Positions 40,592 through 46,899 of a stretch of 46,899 nucleotides of DNA are shown in pieces. Origin of the DNA: a virus; IMG/VR virus record IMGVR_UViG_3300028549_000214. One strand, 5' to 3'. Each line of letters opens with the position of its first letter. Position 1 is the first letter of the stretch. The position numbers and the translations under genes were made by a program. Under the pieces are notes generated by a model. That model searched no databases, was not told the DNA's origin, and saw nothing but the letters and a program-made list of their open reading frames with translations.

Positions 40592-41234
40592 ACAACAGAT
40601 AAATCCAGATATTGCCGAGGTTAATACGGAGCTGAAACGTGATGTTTTCAGAAACTTGAATTGCGCTCAAATTGGCATTATTCGCGCATTCGATGCATCA
40701 ACACAAACGGCAACCGTTCAAATTGCCATGAAGCAGATTTTAAGTGTTAATGATGACGGAACGAAGATTTTAGGTGATTATCCTCTTATAGCGCAATGCC
40801 CAGTTGTGTTTCCTTGCGGTGGTGGGTTTACGCTCACTTTTCCAATTGAAGAAGGTGATGAATGCCTTTTGGTTTTTGGTGATCGTGGTATTGATAATTG
40901 GCTTGCATTTGGAAACGGACAACAGCCAGCAAGCCCAAGGACGCATGATATTAATGACGCAATCGCAATCGTAGGGATTAAGTCAAACCCTAATGCCATT
41001 TCTAATGTTTCCACGGATTCCGCGCAGCTTCGAAGCGATAATGGAGCTAATTTTGTTGAGGTTAACGCGCTTGGTGTCAAGGTTCACGCCGGAACGGTTT
41101 ACCAATGGGACTGCCATGGATATGGAGAAAAATGGACGTGGATCAGCGGCACAACGTGGCAACGCGATACGTATTTCACAGGCGCGACAGTTAACACTAT
41201 AACGCATAATATCAACCCTCCGGAGATACCATGA
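40578..41234 (+). CDS. Baseplate central spike protein (Mu gp45 / Gp138 N-terminal-like)
   Basis: IGIIRAFDASTQTATVQIA..CPVVFPCGGGFTLTFPIEEGDECLLVFGDRGIDNW..HDINDAIAIVGI matches the spike N-domain pattern. Confidence 0.65.
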   Translation: MLRNKQQINPDIAEVNTELKRDVFRNLNCAQIGIIRAFDASTQTATVQIAMKQILSVNDDGTKILGDYPLIAQCPVVFPCGGGFTLTFPIEEGDECLLVFGDRGIDNWLAFGNGQQPASPRTHDINDAIAIVGIKSNPNAISNVSTDSAQLRSDNGANFVEVNALGVKVHAGTVYQWDCHGYGEKWTWISGTTWQRDTYFTGATVNTITHNINPPEIP

Positions 41235-41581
41235 TTTTTAGGAACTTAAGCGATATTGGAGATTGGGAGTTTGGCAAAGGTATTCAGGATTTCACGTCTG
41301 AAAATAAAGCCATTGGCATGAACATTCAGACACGTATTCAGTCTTGGGTTGGTGACTGTTTTTTTGATATGAATTCTGGGATTGATTGGCTGAATAGACT
41401 TGGTTCTAAAAATCAAAGAGCCTTGCTTGAATTGGATTTAAAGCGTATAATTATGCAAAGCGAAGGCGTTGTTAGATTACTTTCATTCAATACAGATTTA
41501 AACGGTAGATCATTTTCTGCAAGTTATTCGGTTCAGACAATTTATAGCACAATTACAGATACTTATACGGCGGAGTTTTAA
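41231..41581 (+). CDS. Baseplate wedge protein (gp25/W-like candidate)
   Basis: 116 aa directly upstream of the baseplate J gene. Confidence 0.45.
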   Translation: MIFRNLSDIGDWEFGKGIQDFTSENKAIGMNIQTRIQSWVGDCFFDMNSGIDWLNRLGSKNQRALLELDLKRIIMQSEGVVRLLSFNTDLNGRSFSASYSVQTIYSTITDTYTAEF

Positions 41582-41583
41582 AA

Positions 41584-42780
41584 ATGGCTGATTTATTAAA
41601 CGAAGACGGCCTAACCGTAAAAACAGCGGCAGAAATTACAACAGATATCGCAACTGACCTTCGATCAGCCTACGGAAACGACATTAATCTTGACCAAAAT
41701 AGCCCAGATGGTCAAGTCGTTGGCATTATAACTCAACTTGCTATTGATCTTCGAGAATTGCTTGTTGGCATAAATAACGGTTTCGATCCAGATCAGGCGC
41801 AAGGCGACTTGCTTGATCAGCGCGTTACTATTAATAATATCGAGCGCAAGGGCGGCACTTATACAGTGCAACCAATAAGTATCACAACTGATAGAACCGT
41901 TACCCTACAGGGTTTAGATGCTGATTATGACCTAACCACAGGAACGGGATACACTGTTCAAGATAACGCAGGTACACAATTCATCCTTGCGGACACCACA
42001 ACGATAACATCTGGAACACATAGCCTTAATTTTAGGGCAAAAGACTTAGGTGCAATCAATGTAATCGTCGGAACTATTACAAATCCAGTCACTATTGTTC
42101 TCGGCGTAACGACGATTAACAATCCAAGTTCTGCGCTTCAAATCGGGGAAGATCAAGAAACAGACCCACAACTTCGCGTAAGGCGTGAAAGTTCAGTGTC
42201 AAATAATTCACTTGGTTATCTTGATGGACTGCGTGGAGCCTTACTTGATGTCACTGGCGTTTCGGAAGCAAAGGTTTATGAGAATATCACTAATGCAATT
42301 GATGGCGATGGAATTGCAGCGCATGGTATATGGTGTATTGTAGAGGGTGGGGCCAATGATGATATTGCACAAGTAATATATGCTAAAAAGTCATATGGTG
42401 CGGATATGACTGGATCAGTTGAAATTGATATTGATACGGCTTCAGGTGGCATTTTTACAGCCAAGTTTGATAGGCCTAGCGCGGAAGATCTTTATATACG
42501 TTTTGACATTCAAAAAACAATCGTCGGATATTCGTTTGATACGGCTGGAATTAAGACATATATGGCCGAAAATATTATATACAACATTGGTCAATTTTCA
42601 CATACAGCAAGCATTACGGCTGCGGCATTAGCTGCTATTGATTATCTTGGAGACGGTGGCGTTCCGGTAAATGTTGAGATTTCAAAGAACGGCACGAATT
42701 GGTATGATTATTTAGAAACGACAACAAAAGACAATCAATTCACCGTTGACACAACACGCATAACAATAACGGTTCTTTAA
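41584..42780 (+). CDS. Baseplate J-like protein
   Basis: 398 aa; its size, position and GDLLDQRVTINNIERKGG fit Baseplate_J. Confidence 0.65.
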   Translation: MADLLNEDGLTVKTAAEITTDIATDLRSAYGNDINLDQNSPDGQVVGIITQLAIDLRELLVGINNGFDPDQAQGDLLDQRVTINNIERKGGTYTVQPISITTDRTVTLQGLDADYDLTTGTGYTVQDNAGTQFILADTTTITSGTHSLNFRAKDLGAINVIVGTITNPVTIVLGVTTINNPSSALQIGEDQETDPQLRVRRESSVSNNSLGYLDGLRGALLDVTGVSEAKVYENITNAIDGDGIAAHGIWCIVEGGANDDIAQVIYAKKSYGADMTGSVEIDIDTASGGIFTAKFDRPSAEDLYIRFDIQKTIVGYSFDTAGIKTYMAENIIYNIGQFSHTASITAAALAAIDYLGDGGVPVNVEISKNGTNWYDYLETTTKDNQFTVDTTRITITVL

Positions 42781-43520
42781 TGGCAACAGATACACAAGAA
42801 CTTATTGATTATTATACTAACCTTTTGATTATACAATACAATCAGAAGCCAAAGGCACGAGCTATGATTGCGGCATTTTCCAAGCAATTATTGGCTAATG
42901 GTGTTTTTTTTGATGTCCGAGACGGTTATAATATTGATACCGCAGTCGGAAAACAGCTTGATGTTTTGGGTAAATATATTGGTTTAGACCGTTTTTATAA
43001 TCAAGATGATTTAGATGGTTTCTTTGCGTTTTCTTATTATGAAGAAGATCCAATTGATCCATTAAAAATTGGCTTTTCTGAATATGCCGATTATGATACA
43101 TGGGAAGGCAAAATGCTTACCTATGATGATGTTATAACAAAACAAGGCCGATTAATTGATGATGATTATCGTTTCCTTTTGAAGCTTAAAATCATCCTGA
43201 ATAACAGTAATTTTAGCCATAAAGAAATAGACGATTCATTGTTCAAGTTCTTTGGTCAAGACTTAGTAGCCGATAGCGTTGGCGATATGGTTATGGATTT
43301 CTTTGTTACAGAAAACAAAAGCACAATAATTAAAGCTGCTATTGCAAAGAGCTTGTTACCAATTCCAATGGGTGTTTGGGGTAGATATTTAATATCTAAT
43401 GACGTTCCTTTTTTTTGTTTTTCAATTGATGATACTGGAACTGTGGGCTTTTCAACGTACTCTGATTATGATACAATAGATGGCGGAATGCTTTCTTATG
43501 ATGATCTAGTCGATATTTAA
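42780..43520 (+). CDS. Baseplate/tail-fibre adaptor (DUF2612-like)
   Basis: The N-terminal LIDYYTNLLIIQYNQKPKA resembles DUF2612. It lies between the J-like and fibre genes. Confidence 0.45.
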   Translation: MATDTQELIDYYTNLLIIQYNQKPKARAMIAAFSKQLLANGVFFDVRDGYNIDTAVGKQLDVLGKYIGLDRFYNQDDLDGFFAFSYYEEDPIDPLKIGFSEYADYDTWEGKMLTYDDVITKQGRLIDDDYRFLLKLKIILNNSNFSHKEIDDSLFKFFGQDLVADSVGDMVMDFFVTENKSTIIKAAIAKSLLPIPMGVWGRYLISNDVPFFCFSIDDTGTVGFSTYSDYDTIDGGMLSYDDLVDI

Positions 43521-43536
43521 AAGGATTTATTTTACA

Positions 43537-44424
43537 ATGGCGAAAATTACTGGATTTCTTCAAAAGGTTTTTGGTCAAGATGCAACCAATATCGGGCAAA
43601 TAGGTTCAGCTGCTTTAGGAACGAAAGTTTTAACAACCGATCCAGAGACAATTCAATCTTTAACAGCATTTACAAATGGCATTTCAGATGTAACTATTTC
43701 AAGTAAACGTATAATTCCACAAGAAGAGTTTATGGCTCTTCATTATTTGCATACACTTCAAAATGCATATGCACAGCAAGAGGGCATTCAAGAATATAAT
43801 GTTGATGTTACATATTTCGAAAATAGCGTTGTTAAGAAATCAGGTACATACGAACTTTATGGATCATTGGTTGATGATAATGTTGGTAATGCTTTAACAG
43901 ATGGGACTAAATGGCTTTTTTTAACTAATTTGTCAAATGAATCAACTCCCTCAGGTGTTGTGTCACCATATGCTGGAACGACAGCACCTAGCGGGTGGCT
44001 TCTTTGTTACGGACAGGCGATAAACAGGACGACATATGCCGCTCTATTCACGGCAATCAGCACAACTTACGGTGTTGGTGATGGATCAACAACATTTAAC
44101 GTACCTGACTTACGAGGTCGTGTCGTTGCTGGACAAGACGATATGGGTGGTACAAGTGCAAATCGTCTTACTGATAAATCAGGCGGTCTTGATGGAGATA
44201 CACTTGGAGATACTGGAGGTTCTGAAACACACATTCTTACTGTTGATGAGTTAGCTTCTCATACTCACACATTAACAGGTATATCAACTGACGATTCGGG
44301 AACTTCTACTGTCGAATTAGGTGCAACAGGCCCATCAACTATTAATACTGGTTCTACAGGTTCGAATACAGCTCACAACAACGTGCAGCCAACAATCATT
44401 CTTAACTACATCATAAAGGAGTAA
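43537..44424 (+). CDS. Tail fibre protein with a C-terminal phage tail collar domain
   Basis: PYAGTTAPSGWLLCYGQAINRTTYAALF..GDGSTTFNVPDLRGRV..GGSETHILTVDELASHTH..HNNVQP is the Collar domain signature. Confidence 0.85.
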   Translation: MAKITGFLQKVFGQDATNIGQIGSAALGTKVLTTDPETIQSLTAFTNGISDVTISSKRIIPQEEFMALHYLHTLQNAYAQQEGIQEYNVDVTYFENSVVKKSGTYELYGSLVDDNVGNALTDGTKWLFLTNLSNESTPSGVVSPYAGTTAPSGWLLCYGQAINRTTYAALFTAISTTYGVGDGSTTFNVPDLRGRVVAGQDDMGGTSANRLTDKSGGLDGDTLGDTGGSETHILTVDELASHTHTLTGISTDDSGTSTVELGATGPSTINTGSTGSNTAHNNVQPTIILNYIIKE

Positions 44425-44430
44425 ATTAAA

Positions 44431-44799
44431 ATGGTTGAAACAAACACATTAACTTTAGAAGCCACAATCGCAAGCGGAGAATCTTTATCAGATGCAATTG
44501 ATATGAGCGCATTTGCTACCAATAAAGATAATTACCGTTTGTTTGATCTTAGTATGCCAGAAGAATGGACGACAGCTAATCTTACATTTCAAACAAGCTA
44601 TGACGGCGTGACTTATAAAAACTTCCAAGATGGGCAGGGTACTGAAATTACCATTGTTGCGATAGCAAACGTAAATATTACGCTAGACCCCGCTATTTTC
44701 GCAGCTGTTCCTTATATCAAAGTAAGGTCAGGAACGAGAGCAACACCTGTTAATCAGGCAGCTGCTAGGGATATATTGCTTGTTTTAAGGTCAGTTTAA
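44431..44799 (+). CDS. Hypothetical fibre-associated protein
   Basis: 122-aa ORF with an AGGAG SD. Confidence 0.5.
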   Translation: MVETNTLTLEATIASGESLSDAIDMSAFATNKDNYRLFDLSMPEEWTTANLTFQTSYDGVTYKNFQDGQGTEITIVAIANVNITLDPAIFAAVPYIKVRSGTRATPVNQAAARDILLVLRSV

Positions 44800-44800
44800 T

Positions 44801-45550
44801 ATGCTAGGCGTTGGCTATAGCCCGACAAGAGTAGCCGGAGTTTCTATTAAGAACGCTTGTTCTGAAATAGTTGACTTTTATTTTTGTTCTGAATTAGCCT
44901 CGACGACTATTGCCAACAATACAGCTGTTGATGATATCACGGTGGTTGTGACTAGTGCGACAGGAATAGCATCATTACAGTGCATTAACATCTCGCAGTT
45001 TGGGCATACATATCAAGCATTAATTAAAACAGTTGTTGGGACTACATTAACATTATCAGCACCGTTAGATCGAGCTTTCACAGCGGGGTCAATTGTAAAA
45101 TGCGGCTCTTACAACATGAACCTTGATGGATCAGTAACTAAACAATATTTTAATATCGCGCCTCCCGCTGGAGTGAAATGGGATATATGCCGTATTATCG
45201 TAGGTATTGTTGATAATGTTGAGATGGATGATGCGAAGTTCGGCGGCATTCCAGCGTTACCAAACGGTGTAATCTTAAGAAAAAAGAATGGTGTTTATCA
45301 AAATATATTCCAAGTAAGCGACAATTCGGGATGGCGTGAACGTTGTTTCGATGTTGCGTATGCTGATAAAGCACCTAATGGATCGTTTGGATTTGGATGC
45401 CGTAGATCGTTTAACGGCATGGATAAAAACGGCGTAGTCATCCGTCTTGACGGTGATAAAAATGATAAGCTCCAGTTTATAAATCAGGATGATCTAACTG
45501 GACTAACGAAGTTTGCTTGCGTGGCTCAAGGCCATGTTGTGGAGGAATAG
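44801..45550 (+). CDS. Hypothetical fibre-associated structural protein
   Basis: 249-aa ORF whose start lies 1 nt after the upstream stop. Confidence 0.5.
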   Translation: MLGVGYSPTRVAGVSIKNACSEIVDFYFCSELASTTIANNTAVDDITVVVTSATGIASLQCINISQFGHTYQALIKTVVGTTLTLSAPLDRAFTAGSIVKCGSYNMNLDGSVTKQYFNIAPPAGVKWDICRIIVGIVDNVEMDDAKFGGIPALPNGVILRKKNGVYQNIFQVSDNSGWRERCFDVAYADKAPNGSFGFGCRRSFNGMDKNGVVIRLDGDKNDKLQFINQDDLTGLTKFACVAQGHVVEE

Positions 45551-45552
45551 TT

Positions 45553-46506
45553 ATGTCAACAACGTCAAGTAATCTACTTTTATTATGGAGACTTGGAAGG
45601 CCAAAGATCAACTGGTCATTTATCGGAAGCATCCCGTCTAACTTGACCTTCACCCGCGCAAGCACTGGCACGTATTTTGATGCCGAGGGTGTTTTGCAGA
45701 CAGCGGCAATTGATGCCCCACGTTTTGACCATGATCCTGTTACGCATCAATTGTTAGGTACGTTGTATGAGGGGCAGAGGACAAATAGCCTTAGCCAAAA
45801 CATGAACACTGGGGCTGTTCTAGGGGTTATTGGATCATGCGGTGCGTTGCCGACAAGATGGACGGTTGTTTATAATCCTGCGCTCCTTACAACAGAGATT
45901 GTTGGTACAGGAACTGAACAGGGGCTTAGTTATGTTGATGTGAAAATATCTGGGACAGCGGCAACCACAACTTACCAATTATCGTTCCAGCAATTACGGG
46001 ATGTTGCTGCTTCGACAGGAGAGGTGTGGACAGCTTCTCAATACGCAAAATTAGTAAGTGGTTCTCTGGGTGGGATCACAGAAATAAACACGAGAATAAA
46101 TGAACAATTTAATAGCACTTATTTAGGGGCTACCAATACAGCTTTAACACTGACCTCTTCTTTGACTAGGTTCACGCATAAAGGCACACTCGCACAAGCA
46201 ACTACAAATACTATCGCGCATTTGTTTAGTTTCACTGTGACTGTTGGAGCTGCTATAGACGCAACGGTTCGCTTAGCAATGCCGCAATTCGAACTTGGGA
46301 CTTTTGCGTCTTCTGTTATCCCCACAACAACCGCAACAGTAACAAGAGCAACAGATAACCTAACCTTCACAATCCCCGCCGGAGTAACTGGATTACGTTA
46401 CACATTCGACAATGACAGCACGCAAGACGTTGTAGTCAGTGCAGGTAGTTATATAGTTCCGACTACTCTTAACAGAACAATCATAAAAAGGATAACAAGC
46501 ATATGA
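45553..46506 (+). CDS. Second tail fibre / host-specificity protein
   Basis: ATG at 45553 after a GGAGG SD. FTRASTGTYFDAEGVLQTAAIDAPRFDHDP..GTLYEGQRTNSL resembles a motif common in alphaproteobacterial phage and GTA fibre proteins. Confidence 0.55.
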   Translation: MSTTSSNLLLLWRLGRPKINWSFIGSIPSNLTFTRASTGTYFDAEGVLQTAAIDAPRFDHDPVTHQLLGTLYEGQRTNSLSQNMNTGAVLGVIGSCGALPTRWTVVYNPALLTTEIVGTGTEQGLSYVDVKISGTAATTTYQLSFQQLRDVAASTGEVWTASQYAKLVSGSLGGITEINTRINEQFNSTYLGATNTALTLTSSLTRFTHKGTLAQATTNTIAHLFSFTVTVGAAIDATVRLAMPQFELGTFASSVIPTTTATVTRATDNLTFTIPAGVTGLRYTFDNDSTQDVVVSAGSYIVPTTLNRTIIKRITSI

Positions 46507-46775
46507 GAGATTTTTACATTTGTTCAGACGATAAAGAAGCTTTATCAGAGTTTATCGTTGAGTTTAAAAACGTTATCGGACCTGTATCAGGTATCTCTGC
46601 TTATGATGCTTATACAGATGAGGTAGGAACTGAGTATGAAGCTACTCCTGAGATAGGTAATCCAGATCATTGGTACGCTTGCATTCGTACAGATGATGAA
46701 GAAATTGTACTACCTGCAGATCATATAAGTACCTGCGATGAAGATGGTGCAAAAGTTGTTGGTATTTGGGCTTAG
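46503..46775 (+). CDS. Hypothetical acidic protein, last gene of the late operon
   Basis: 90 aa with an ATGA overlap. Its 3' end (46645..46775) is duplicated at 1..131. Confidence 0.5.
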   Translation: MRDFYICSDDKEALSEFIVEFKNVIGPVSGISAYDAYTDEVGTEYEATPEIGNPDHWYACIRTDDEEIVLPADHISTCDEDGAKVVGIWA

Positions 46776-46899
46776 GAAAGAAGCGGGGTTCCGTTTCTAT
46801 ATTGTTTTTAGGTAGTTTAATCATGTCGAACGAAAACTGGCACTTAGAGAAAAAATTTACAATATCATTTATTATGGCATTTATCGGTGCAGTTTGTTC
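46645..46899. repeat. Terminal direct repeat, right copy (identical to 1..255)
   Basis: 255/255 identity with the window start. Confidence 0.97.

Noticed and set aside
1-46899. Prophage or integrative element interpretation
   Set aside because: There is no integrase, recombinase, att-like tRNA fragment or flanking bacterial gene. The terminal overlap closes the sequence on itself.

Overview
The window is one complete tailed-phage genome, not a bacterial chromosome segment. Bases 1..255 are identical to 46645..46899, so the unit length is 46,644 bp with a 255-bp overlap. No database search was possible. Family names come from motifs I recognise in the translated ORFs, and all coordinates were derived by hand.

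There are five blocks:
(i) 179..1858 (+): a four-gene lysis cassette, comprising a TM/coiled-coil protein, a GH24 endolysin, a multi-TM protein and a GTA-type 3TM holin-like protein.
(ii) 1848..8442 (-): an AT-rich early/accessory operon of about 24 tightly coupled small ORFs. It includes dCTP deaminase, a DUF1566 protein, a truncated ImmA/IrrE fragment, an amber-interrupted ORF and a 24-unit pentapeptide-repeat protein.
(iii) 8572..9094 (+): a two-gene unit (Cro-like HTH and DUF1064) fired from a compact divergent promoter region.
(iv) 9091..21052 (-): a replication/recombination module. It holds an SF2 helicase, an SPPF DNA methyltransferase, an SNF2 helicase, a Cas4-like nuclease, a DUF669 SSB-like protein, a Sak4-like ATPase, DUF3310, a DnaN sliding clamp and a Toprim primase-helicase. 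There is no DNA polymerase.
(v) 21513..46775 (+): the late module of a contractile-tailed virion. It holds TerS, TerL, a DUF1073 portal, Mu-F-like protein, DUF2213 protease/scaffold, DUF2190 decoration protein, DUF2184 capsid, DUF3383 sheath, DUF3277 tube, chaperone, tape measure, baseplate and collar-domain tail fibre.

The late module is interrupted by two compositionally foreign insertions: a GC-rich denV (T4 endonuclease V) plus membrane-protein moron, and a very AT-rich GIY-YIG homing endonuclease.

No integrase, CI-type repressor, tRNA or CRISPR array was found. Several motifs suggest a low-GC alphaproteobacterial host, but that is inference only.

The most interesting items are:
- the near-perfect 15-nt-periodic pentapeptide-repeat gene;
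- the 460-bp AT-rich control region with an (ACT)8 microsatellite and palindromic operators;
- an orphan fibre-like protein at the head of the late operon;
- the denV moron and the homing endonuclease;
- a structured GC-rich element upstream of the primase;
- a clamp-without-polymerase replication module.
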